Source of the DNA: Felis catus
Taxonomy: Eukaryota
DNA length: 64,000 bases
Direction of reading: 5' to 3'
Assembly (NCBI RefSeq): GCF_018350175.1
Contig: NC_058368.1
Location: 88,724,001 to 88,788,000, forward strand
Shown here: piece after piece, positions 1 through 10,254 of the stretch
Numbering within the stretch: position 1 is the stretch's first letter
Layout: each line of letters starts with the position of its first letter
Translations under genes and position numbers: made by a program
The notes under the pieces: model-generated
The model's input: only the letters and a program-made list of their open reading frames with translations
Databases searched by the model: none
Told to the model about the DNA's origin: nothing

Positions 1-411
1 CCTGCCTCTGATGCTCTTTTCTTTGAACTTTTGTTTCCTTAATTGGTGAAGCCTAATTTACAAGAGTATGAAGCGTAATTTACAAGAGTAAAGCAAGGCT
101 GTTATCTTTTTTTTTTTTTCAAGTTTATTTATTTTTGGGACAGAGAGAGACAGAGCATGAACGGGGGAGGGGCATAGAGAGAGGGAGACACAGAATCGGA
201 AACAGGCTCCAGGCTCTGAGCCATCAGCCCAGAGCCCGACGCGGGGCTCGAACTCACGGACCGCGAGATCATGACCTGGCTGAAGTCGGACGCTTAACCG
301 ACTGTGCCACCTAGGCGCCCCAAGGCTGTTATCTTTTAACCTTAAGTGTCAACACAAAGCTGTTATTTTTCAAGCTAAGCGTTAGCCCTACATTACAATT
401 TAACCCTTACA
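1..411 (-). mobile_element. 3' LTR (U3 part, runs off window) of outer ERV, interrupted by a SINE
   Basis: Minus strand reads polypurine tract AAGAAAAGGGGGAAA (412-426) followed directly by TGTAAGGG, just downstream of an env TM remnant; short direct repeat TAATTTACAAGAGTA twice near 55-90. Confidence 0.85.
107..321 (-). mobile_element. SINEC_Fc-type SINE inserted in LTR
   Basis: Can-SINE head, (CT)n and poly(A) on minus strand; TSD AAGGCTGTTATCTTT on both sides. Confidence 0.95.
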
Positions 412-459
412 TTTCCCCCTTTTCTTGTCAGTGAATCAATCCCTTGATTCATCATTAGG

Positions 460-1100
460 AACTAAGGGGACATAATTGGACCTAATCATCATAATTTTTA
501 TTTTACCAACTTGCCTCTTTTATTTTACCAACTATTAGCCTCATGGGCTAATAGTTAACCCGAGAAGTAACAACAGCAGTGGCCCAGCTATGGCGGTGAG
601 CAGTGATGTGAGCCAGGGGGACCAAGAAGAGAATAAACTCTGATACCAATTATTGCTGGCCTCCCTGGCACATTCCCTGGTCCTAAGATTATCCCTGACC
701 AAACTGAGAGTGTCTTGGATTACTCCGGAATTGTTGGCATAAAAATAGCATGTTTCCCTGAGGGACACGCAGAGGCCCCTTTCCTTCATGAAGAGTAAAT
801 TAAGTCCTCTTCTGTTTTGTAATACAACCTCAGCTAAAGAGTCTACTTGGTGTTCTAGCCGAGAAATTGAAGTTTCCAAGTAGCCTAGGTCTCGTCTACT
901 TGCTCACTTACAGTTTTGAAATTTTGGTCCCCCATGAGTCCCCCACCAAGTCGCATAAATCAAACAAAAAACAAGGCAGAGTGGAAGAGGTATTAGATGC
1001 TATCACCTTCCCTGTGACAGTGTCCCTGAATTCCATTGGTATGGCCAAAAACATAGGGGATGCAATTCCGTACAGTCCCCCACACTTATCATCATACAAA
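460..1100 (-). pseudogene. env: Outer ERV env remnant: short SU N-terminus joined to TM, most of SU deleted
   Basis: ORF 541-879 has immunosuppressive domain [13 protein letters not shown], degenerate CX6CC (CVSLRETCY) and TM anchor; ORF 908-1099 has SU-like FLFDLCDLVG. Confidence 0.9.
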
Positions 1101-1109
1101 CCCAGACAA

Positions 1110-3168
1110 TTATTATTATGCCCACATCAGTCTTATCTTTAAAGATCCTCTGGGTGCCTTTGGACCTTCCATTGCCATTTGTTATCTGGATCTCTATCAG
1201 TCTGGGGTGTTGCCACCTTCAGGCAGTTTTTCTTAACCTGAGAGTGATAAATCCAGGTTTAGACACCATCTACCTTCACGGCCGTGGGCGTAGTCAGAAT
1301 CACAGTGTGTGGTCCTTTCTAGCACGGCTCCAGGGTTTTAGGCTCGTACCTCTTGACCTAGACTAAGTCTCCTGGTTGAAAGGCTGGGGAAGAACAGGAG
1401 GATGAGTGAAGGTTTCTTTCAAGGCCCTGGTTATTTCCTTTCATACATGTTGCAGGGCCATGAGTGAAGCCAGCAAGTGGTCCTGTTCCAACTGTTCCAT
1501 TACGTCGTCTCCTAGCCTCGGCAGGATAGGTGGAGGTCTGCCAAATAAAGTTTCAAAAGGGGAAAGAAAATCCCTTGACAAATGGAGGACAACGCGTTCA
1601 CAAAAGGGCAAAAGGCATGACCTCAACCCAATTTTCACTTGTCTCAAGGGACAATTTGATTAAGGTCTCTTTTAGGGTCTGATTCATCCTTTCTACTTGA
1701 CCTGAGCTCTGGGGTCTATATGTACAATGTAATCTCTAATATATTCCCAATGCCCGGGCTAGACCCTGGGACACCTGCACCGTGAAGTCCAGGCCATTGT
1801 CTGATCCTATGCTCAGAGGCAGCCCGAATCTAGGAATTATTTCATTTAATAATTTCTTAACTGTTGCCTGAGCCATTTCTGATTTAGTGGGGAACGCCTC
1901 GACCCACCCGGAGAAGGTGTCTACAAAAACAAGCTGGTATTTATATCCGTATTTCCCTGGTTTGATCTCAGTAAAATCTACTTCCCAAAAGTGACCTGGC
2001 TCAATTCTTCTATCTCTTTTAGCTTCTGAAACCTTCCTGTTTGGACCCTGATTTACTTGGGCGCAACTTACACACCTTTCAACCATCTCTTGAATCTCTT
2101 TTCCCAGCCCTTGCGTCCTGAACTTTTTACGCACTAATTCCACCATCTTCGTTTTTCCCAGATGAGTCCCTTGGTGGAGGTGACACACCATGTGCTGCCC
2201 GAGTGCCGTAGGTAAGAGTATCTTACCTTCAGGATCCTGAAACCACTTTTGTCCCAGCATCTTACTTCCCCCTTTTCTGGAAATCCACTCCAAATCTTTA
2301 GGAGTGTAATTGGGCTCTGCTGGAAGCAAGGGCTCTGTCAAGATCGGTAGCTCCAAGGCACTTTCACTTTTAGTTAGGGCAGTTTCTCGGGCTGCTGCAT
2401 CAGCCAGGCAGGCGGTTTCCAATTGCCTCTAGGGAGTTGCCTTTTTGATGTCCTGGGCAGTGAATGATTGCCAGCCTTGCCTTCTGCTGTGAGGAGACCG
2501 TGTTCTTGATAAATGGATCCATGTACATGCGCAATTGCAAAAGCATAGCGGCTGTCTGTATAAATGTTAACTGACTTGTTTCTTCTGAGTTTTAGAGCTT
2601 TTGTTAGTGCGATGAGCTCTGCGTGTTAGGCTGAAGTTCCTGGGGGAAGGGTCTGTTGCCATAAAATTTCATGATCTGTCATCACTGCAGCACCAGCATG
2701 CCTTTGCCCTTGAAACATAAAACTACTGCCGTCTGAAAACATGCTGATATCAGGGTCCTGTAAGGGAATGTCCATAAGATCAGAGCGGAGGGACGAGGTC
2801 ATTGCCAAGGTTTCTGGGCAAAAGTGCAGAGGGGGATTCTGTCCTTCGGGTAGCAAAGTGGCTGGGTTTAAGGTGGTGGGGGCACAAAAATGTATTTGGG
2901 GCTGGTTGAGTAGCAATGCTTGATATTGGGTAATCTGAGCATTTGACAGCCATCACTCTGGGGGAGCCCGCAGTAAAGTTTCCACTTCATGGGGCCCCGT
3001 GACAGACAATGCTTGCCCCAAGGTTAGTTTGTCTGCATCTTTAACTAGAAGTGTGGTGGTGGCAATTTGTCGAATGCATGGGGGCCACCCGGAAGCAACT
3101 GGGTCCAGTCTTTTGGATAAATAAGCGCCAAGGTCCCAGGCGCTGAGTCAGAACTCCCTTGGTTATTC
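1110..3168 (-). pseudogene. pol: Outer ERV pol remnant: connection/RNase H/integrase, multiply disrupted
   Basis: GVLTQRLGPW, FSDGSSF (RNase H), HQGTH..CVSC zinc finger, WEVDFTE, DTFSGWVEAFP, SDNG; frameshifts and stops. Confidence 0.95.
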
Positions 3169-3484
3169 CACCTTTAGTGAATTTCAAAGAAGCCGTTAGT
3201 TTATGCAGTAGGTCTCTACCTAGTAATCCAGGGTAGGGGCATTCAGGCATGATTAGGAAAGAATGTGTACTAGTTTTACGGCCTAAATCTACTTGTTCAG
3301 TGGTCCATTAACAAATCTGGGACCCAGTTGCTCCTTGTACCAGGGTTGCCCCTTGCCTGGTGGGGCCAGGATCTTGTTTTAGAACTGAAAATGTTGCCCC
3401 AGTGTCCACCAAGAAGGTCTTAGGTTGGCCCCCTATATTAACAGTAACCAACAGCTCAGAAGGGGCCTCGAAGCTGTGGCCCCA
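3169..3484 (-). pseudogene. pro: Outer ERV protease remnant
   Basis: Minus-strand translation FLVDTGATFSVL and MPECPYPGLLGRDLL. Confidence 0.9.
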
Positions 3485-3687
3485 TCAGTCGAAATCGACT
3501 CCCATCACAGATACCTGAGGTGGCCAAATTTTGCGTTGGGCTAAGTTGGGGCAATCCTTTTTCCAGTGTCCCTCTTGTTTGCAGTATGCACACTGGTTTT
3601 TTCCTAGTGACACTTTAACCCTTTGTTTATCTTTTTTCTTTTGGCCAGACCAGAATTCTTTGGGCGTTCTGGTGATATGCCCTGATT
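3485..3687 (-). pseudogene. gag: Outer ERV gag 3' end (nucleocapsid)
   Basis: Single CCHC knuckle CAYCKQEGHWKKDC, ends in TGA in frame with protease; interrupted at 3688 by an LTR. Confidence 0.9.
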
Positions 3688-4092
3688 TGAGAGACCCCCC
3701 GACAACAAACCACCCGAGTCCAGAGTCCAAGCCAAGCGGCAAGGGTCGTTTATTGCAGGTTCGAACCCGGTCCTCCGCGCACTCGTTGCCGGTGACGCTA
3801 AGAGGCCCCGAGCAAGCATCTTACAGCTTCTTTTATAGACAGGCACAAACAAGTTAGGGATTTTTTGAGGTTACAGAGCTGTTATTGGTTGACATTTAAA
3901 TTTGAACACTCAGCAGAACTCGATTGGTTCCTGCCTTTATTTCAAACCATTCAGCAGAACTTGATCGGCTCCTGCCTTTATGTCAGACTACAACCGGATG
4001 TGCCCTGGCTGGATTCGGAACGGTGGGGGGAGGGGAAAGATCTTTTCTTTGCAGTTGTGAGTACACCTGGTAATTTTTCTCTTAGCCTCTCA
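3688..4092 (-). mobile_element. Complete 3' LTR (405 bp) of inner gammaretroviral provirus
   Basis: PPT AAAGAGAGGGGGGAA then TGAGAG...; ends GGGGGGTCTCTCA (MLV-like U5 end); minus-strand TATAAAA ~3831-3837, AATAAA ~3749-3754, CCAAT boxes ~3884 and ~3924. Confidence 0.92.
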
Positions 4093-4133
4093 TTCCCCCC
4101 TCTCTTTAGTGCCTTAAGAGCCAATCTTGGATC

Positions 4134-5876
4134 TTATGTGTCTGACTCAAATGTTTCGGTAATGACGTGTTGGTATTGGGTCCTAAGGACCATCAGTTGG
4201 ATCGTGTTAACTCGGTCTTTGATAAAGGCAACTAGTTTATTAATAATATAAGGCCCGAGGGTGAGGAGGAGAAGGAGGAGTATAAGGGGCCCAGCTAGAG
4301 CAGAAAGCAGGGTGGCTAGCCATGGGGACTGATTGAACCAAGACTCAAACCAGCCTTGTTTTTGTTCTCGTTCACGCTTCCGTTTGGCCAGGCCTTCTCT
4401 AACTTTAGCCATGGACTCTCAGACTACTCCAGTGTGGTCAGCATAAAAACAACATCCTTCTCTTAAGGCTGCACATAAACCTCCCTGTTGGAGGAAAACT
4501 AGATCTAGCCCCCTTCGGTTCTGTAGGACCACTTCAGAAAGGGAAGTCAGAGATTTTTCGAGGTGCGAGATTGAGTCCTCAAGTCTGGCTATATCCTCAT
4601 CAATGGCTGTCCTTAGGCTATTGAACCCTCAGTGCTGAATGGCTAGTGATGAGATCCCTGTTCCTGCCCCTATGGCACCGAGGCCAAATAAGGTGGCCAA
4701 GGTTATGGCTGTAAAGGGCTCCCGTTTTGTTCTTATTAACTCTCTTGCCTCCGTCCCTTCTGTCCACAGATCATATATAACATTTTCTCGGTGGCAAATA
4801 ACCCTTGGAAATATTAATATCATGATACAATATTCGGGTGACTAATTAAAAACATCCCTGCTAACACGTGGGGTGAGCCCTGTCTTAGAACAAATCCACC
4901 AGCTGTCAGGAGCTGGAATCATCCATTTAGATTCACCTATAGGGCGACTAGTCTGGGCACAGAGCTGGATATGGCTAGAGGGGACCTTTCCTATACAAGT
5001 CCCATTACCAGTGACTGCAGTGTGAGGCTGGGGCCCTTTCGATTCCACTTGCAAGCTGCTGGAGAATCTTCGTCTGACTGTGAAAAAGGGGCAGCTAGTC
5101 CTATGGCTTCGTAGAAGGGGGGTTTTATATCATAACATAGCCAGCAGGCCCTTGTTGCCTCAGGGTCCTATCGGTTTAAGGCCTCATACGCTGCTGTTAG
5201 CAATTTCCATAGGGAGTCTATACCTTCTGGGATAGACTCGTCTCTTTTTTTCCTTATTTTTTTTAATACCTGATTTGGCCCTACCGGTTGTACACGAGGG
5301 GAGACTTTTAATTTTATTTGAATGGCAGTCCCAAAGAGGGGATATTGGTATTAAGTAGAGACCCCAGGTGAGTCCTAAGACCCACCGCCCATCCTTTTTT
5401 CCCTCCTCTGTAAATCTCACACGAATAAGGTTACAGTTTTCATCATACCTGGTGCGGGTACATGGTTGGACATAGGACATTTCAACAAATTGGGGTTTTA
5501 CTTCCCATTTCCATTCCCCATCATTGGAGGTGACACAACTCCAGGCTGCGCAATAGAGGTTTTCAAACCCCCCACATGTGTGCCTCATTGCCTCCGTCCT
5601 AAATTCCGGACATGCATAAAATCCATTTCTACTTATTGATACCCTCCTTTGCAGTTGCCTCCATTTACCTCCTTCCATTTCTTTTAATGGACTAATTTTT
5701 TCTAAATTAAAATATAAATCTGGCCACCAGGTATTTAATGGGGCAGTTCCTAGGGTTTTGTTGTAGACTTCATGAGTCTCTAAATTAGTAATTTCCCATG
5801 TCAAATTATAGGGGTCAGGGGAGGTTGAATTTACAGACAGAATTTGCAGAACAATCAAGAGAAGGGTAAGTACCAT
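4134..5876 (-). pseudogene. env: Inner ERV env (gamma-type), disrupted
   Basis: Signal peptide, YNLTWEITN, WWPDLYF, GFYACP, PVGPNQVL, CWLC, furin site RTKR, fusion peptide, [11 protein letters not shown]6CC; +1 frameshift ~5351 and in-frame stops (~5168, 4629, ~4420). Confidence 0.95.
5184..5876 (-). CDS. Open 230-aa truncated Env: signal peptide plus receptor-binding domain plus frameshifted basic tail (expression unknown)
   Basis: ATG 2 nt after pol stop; hydrophobic leader MVLTLLLIVLQILSVNS; open through TWGLYL, then a 1-nt insertion changes frame. Confidence 0.4.
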   Translation of the reverse strand: MVLTLLLIVLQILSVNSTSPDPYNLTWEITNLETHEVYNKTLGTAPLNTWWPDLYFNLEKISPLKEMEGGKWRQLQRRVSISRNGFYACPEFRTEAMRHTCGGFENLYCAAWSCVTSNDGEWKWEVKPQFVEMSYVQPCTRTRYDENCNLIRVRFTEEGKKDGRWVLGLTWGLYLIPISPLWDCHSNKIKSLPSCTTGRAKSGIKKNKEKKRRVYPRRYRLPMEIANSSV

Positions 5877-5878
5877 AG

Positions 5879-8800
5879 TTACGGCTCAGTCCGCTGGCGG
5901 CATAGGGTCAATTTTAAAGGATTGTCCTTAGTCCGATCAACAGTCCAGGTTGTCTTTGAAGGTCCGATGAGGTCTGAGAACGGGTCCACTGCTTTGGCGT
6001 GGGCGAAATGGATCCAGGTGGCGATTCCGTCTACTTTGATGGCAGTAGGTGTTGTCAGGATGACCTGGAAGGGTCCTTTCCACCTGGGCTCCAGAGTTCC
6101 CTGTCGATGACGTTTGACGAGGACCCAATCCCCTGGCTGGAATTGATGTGGAATAGGTGGGGGTCCAGTCTCATAGAGTTCTTTTAATTTGGGCCATACA
6201 TCTTCATGGACCCTCTGCAAGGCTTGTAGGGAGAACAAGAATTTAAGACTATTATCGTTCTCAGCTTTGACAAGGCTATCTTTTAGGTTAGGGATGATGG
6301 GGGTGGTCTACCATGTATTATTTCATAGGGTGTGAGTCCCAGTTTATATGGGGAATTACCGCACCCTGAACAGAGCGTAGGGGAGAAGGACCACCCAATT
6401 AGCGCCAGTCTCCATGGTTAATTTAGTTAGGGTCTTCTTTAAGGTTCTGTTCATTCTCTCTACCTGTCTTGAGCTTTGGGGTCGGTATGCACAATGTAAT
6501 TTCCAATCAGCCCCAAGTATGGAAGCCAGTCCTTGACTTACCTTAGAGACGAATGCAGGTCCATTGTCTGACCCTATCATTACTGGAAAACCATACGTGG
6601 GCAGGATTTCTTCTAGGATCTTTTTGGCTACAATCTGCGCCGTTTCATTCTTGGTTGGAAAGGCTTCAGTCCATCCTGAAAAGGTATCTACAAAAACTAG
6701 CAAATACTTATATCCATATTTTCCTGGTTTTACCTCAGTGAAATCTACTTCCCAATAGGTCCCCGGTCTGCTCCCTCTTTGTCTTACCCCTGTTGTCTGA
6801 GGATTGCCACTCGCATTGTTGAGTTGGCACACTGTACATTTAGTGACTACTTGATCGACCTTATCAGAGACATTTCTGATTTTTAGTCCAGTCTGTCTCA
6901 GCAAGTCCAACATTCACCGGGAACCTAAGTGGGTGCTGCGATTGATCCGCTCTAGAACTTGCCATCCTAGTTTATCTGGGAGTATAATGCTGCTTTTAGA
7001 GTCTCTCCACCAGCCATCTTTGATTTGGGTCATAGGAAGTTTACTCATCCATTGAATGTCGCTTTCTGAATACTCAGGGCTGGGGGGCAATTCCTGGGGT
7101 CCGGGGTCTGGCATCTGTAGGGTCAGCAATTGCGCTGGGGGCCGAGCTATGTTTTTTGCAGTCTGATCGGCCAAATTGTCGCCCCGGGAAATTGGGTCGG
7201 TTGTCTTCTGGTGTCCTGGGCAGTGCACAATTGCTAGCTTTTTGGGTTCCCATAAGGCTGCTAGCAGGGCTAGAATCTCTTCTTTATTTCTGATGTCTTT
7301 CCCTTCAGCTGTGAGGAGCCCCCGTTCTCTGTATATCGCCCCATGTACATGAGCGGTGGTGAAGGCATATCGGCTATCAGTGTACACGGTTAGCTTGCGG
7401 TCTCTTCCTAACTTTAGGGCCTGGGTTAAGGCTATTAGCTCAGCCTTCTGGGCCGAGGTTCCGGGGGGTAAAGCTTCTGCCCACACCACCTCGGTCTCTG
7501 AAGTCACGGCTGCCCCCACATACCTTTGTCCTTGGTGAACGAAGCTGCTTCCGTCGGTAAACCAGATGGCGTCTGCGTCCGATAATGGCTGATTCTGCAA
7601 GTCTCCCTGGACCCCATAAACTTGAGCCAGTATGTCGGCGCAGTCATGAAGTGGAGTTCCCATGTCTGGGTCTGGCAGCAGTGATGCTGGGTTCAGGGCT
7701 GTTGGGGGGGGTGAAGACGACCCTGAGGGGGTTCAACAGCAGTCGCTGATAATGAGTGAGTTGGGCATTGCTCAGCCATCGGTCAGGCGGCTGCTTGAGG
7801 ATGCCCTCGATGGCATGCGGGGTGGTGACTTGTAGCTCTTGGCCCATGGTCAGCTTATCAGCGTTCTTTACCATTAGGGCAGTGGCTGCAATCATCCGGA
7901 GACAGGGTGGCCATCCGGCGGCCACTGGATCTAGCTTTTTAGACAGATAGGCTACTGGCCTGCGCCAAGGGCCCAAATGCTGGGTTAGCACCACCTTGGC
8001 TATGCCCCGGTTTTCATCTACATATAGGTGGAAGGGTTTGGAGACATCAGGGAGTCCCAGGGCAGGTGCTGATAGCAGAGCAGCTTTGATTTGTTGGAAG
8101 GCCTGTTTGGCCTCTCCCTTACAACTAAAGGGCTGTTGATCTTTTGTTGCCTGGTATAAAGGTTTTGCTAATTCAGCAAACCCTAGTATCCATAGTCTGC
8201 AGAACCCAGCTGACCCTAGGAATTCCCTCACCTGTCGTGGTGTCTGCGGTCTGGGAATACGAAGGACAGTCTCCTTCCGGGCATCCGTTAGCCAGCGTTG
8301 GCCCCCTCTCAGTAAGTAACCCAGGTAAGTTACCTCTGACTTGCAGATTTGAGCCTTCTTTGCTGAGGCGCGGTAGCCTAAGGTTCCCAGAGTTCGCAGG
8401 AGACCTTCGGTTCCCTGGATGCAGGTTTTGGGTGTCTCGGCAACTATTAAGAGATCATCAACATACTGTAGGAGAGTTATATTAGGGTGTTGTTGTCTGT
8501 ACTCACTTAAATCTTCGTGTGGAGCCTCGTCGAACAGGGTCGGAGAGTTCTTGAATCCTTGTGGCAGTCTGGTCCAAGTGAGCTGGCCATTTATGCCCCT
8601 GTCTGGATCTGTCCACTCGAATGCAAATAGCTCTTGACTTTTAGGCGCTAGTGGTAGGCTGAAAAAAGCATCTTTTAGATCCAGAACAGTATACCATTGT
8701 TTTTCTGGGCTGAGGGTGCTCAGGAGAGTATAGGGGTTAGGAACGGTTGGATGTATGTCCATCACCCGCTTATTGACTTCTCTCAGGTCCTGCACTGGTC

Positions 8801-9184
8801 TGTATTCCCCGCTATTGGGTTTGTGCACTGGCAGCAGGGGGGTATTCCATGCTGAGTGGCAGGTGCGTAGGACCCCAAAGTCAAGGAGGCAGCAGATGTG
8901 CGGTGTGATGCCATTTTTGGCTTCCGTGGGCATAGGGTATTGGCGCACATGGACGGGGTCCGTCCCAGGCTTAACCTCTGTAAATAGGGCTGGGCGATGT
9001 TTTGCTAACCCCATACCACCTGTTTCTGCCCACGCGTCTGGGAAGCGTTGAAGCCAAGGCTTGATGCCCTGATCCCAAGGAGTGGGTTCCTGATGGAGCC
9101 TATATTCATCTTCTAGTTTCACAGTAAGTACAGATATGGGTTGGTTGTGGAAGTCAGTCATTGTGGGCCCCTCGGTTGGAAATG
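5879..9184 (-). pseudogene. pol: Inner ERV pol (RT-RNase H-IN), 5' truncated at the end of protease
   Basis: [63 protein letters not shown]; frameshift near the G-run at ~7705, TGA at 6914, frameshift ~6359. Confidence 0.97.
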
Positions 9185-9524
9185 CCACAGCAGTGAGGAG
9201 GCAACTACTGGGAAAAAACACCATAGGACATAGGGGGTGGGAAGTACTCTGTAAATGCCACTTCTTAATATCCTACTCTCATATCTTTGGGGGTCAGAAT
9301 TTGTCCCATAGACAACAATTTCCTCTGTTGCATTTACCTAACTGTGCTGGCAGCCTCAGGCTATCAGGGTTACCAGGGAGAGTTTGGGACACTGAAGGTG
9401 GGCTCTTGAGTGCTCTGGCTTCTGGGATGCCCAGGTTTTCCCCATGTGTCATTGAGATCCACAGATATCAATGGGTTTGAGAGGTCTGCAGGGCCAAGGC
9501 CACATGGAGGGGCCCAGGACTCAC

Positions 9525-9672
9525 ATAGTCAATGATGCACTTTGTCTCTTTGATGTCCTCTTGTAGCTTCCTCACTAATAGTTGGATGAATTCCCCAAAG
9601 GTGGTGGCCATGTAAACAGCCTCATTTTCTAATTCCAGCCCATCACACATCTCCTTCATTTCCTCAACCAGT
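9525..9672 (-). pseudogene. ALDH1L1: Isolated ALDH1L1-like exon (C-terminal part of the acyl-carrier-like linker domain of 10-formyltetrahydrofolate dehydrogenase)
   Basis: Translates (R)[49 protein letters not shown], recognisably similar to human ALDH1L1 [44 protein letters not shown] (recalled from memory); flanked by CTTTTCTCCAG acceptor and GTGAGT donor; 148 bp. Confidence 0.85.
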
Positions 9673-10049
9673 CTGGAGAAAAGAAGATGGAAAAGTGGGT
9701 GCATGGAAAGGGGCTTGGCAGAACTGCATCATTCTAGTGGCAGAGGTTATGGTGCCAAACATTTACCCAGAAGGAAACTTGATCTCAACAACCAAACTGT
9801 GGGTTTTAATCTAGAACTGGGTTTAAGAGCCCAGTTCATAGATTCACAAGGCCCTAGTTTCAAGCTATGGTTCCACCATTTACTAATACATGACCTTGTG
9901 CAAGTAGAAAACTCTAGTTTCTTCACTTGAAACTGCAATAATAACTTCTCTACTGTTTTCTGATAAGTAAATGAGATAATCTACATGTTGATAATAATAA
10001 ATATGAGATTAAGAATATTCACTGAAAGGTATGTTAAAAGAATGAAAAG

Positions 10050-10245
10050 GTTGGCACTCCTCAGCGGCTCAGGTGGTTAATAGTCCAACTCTTGATTTAG
10101 GCTCAGGTCTTGACCCCAGGGTCATGGCATAGAGCCCCACACTGAGTTCTGCACTGAGCGTGGAGCCTGCTTAAGATTCTCTGTCTGTTTCTCCGCCTCT
10201 GCCACTCTCCCCCAATCTCTCATTCTCTCACTCTCTAAAAAATAA
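10050..10245 (+). mobile_element. Can-SINE (older)
   Basis: Degenerate tRNA-like head, CT tract, A tail. Confidence 0.8.
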
Positions 10246-10254
10246 TAATGATGA

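Noticed and set aside
1..9184. Replication-competent provirus, or enFeLV/ERV-DC itself
   Set aside because: No 5' LTR, PBS or complete gag; multiple stops and frameshifts; the Env leader and sequence do not look like FeLV or RD114-type Env.
9204..9525. In-frame ALDH1L1-RT fusion by splicing the 9525 donor to the TTTTTTCCCAGTAG acceptor at ~9207/9204
   Set aside because: The exon ends in phase 0. The first AG gives an immediate TAG and the second gives a short frame ending in TGA; neither enters the RT frame.
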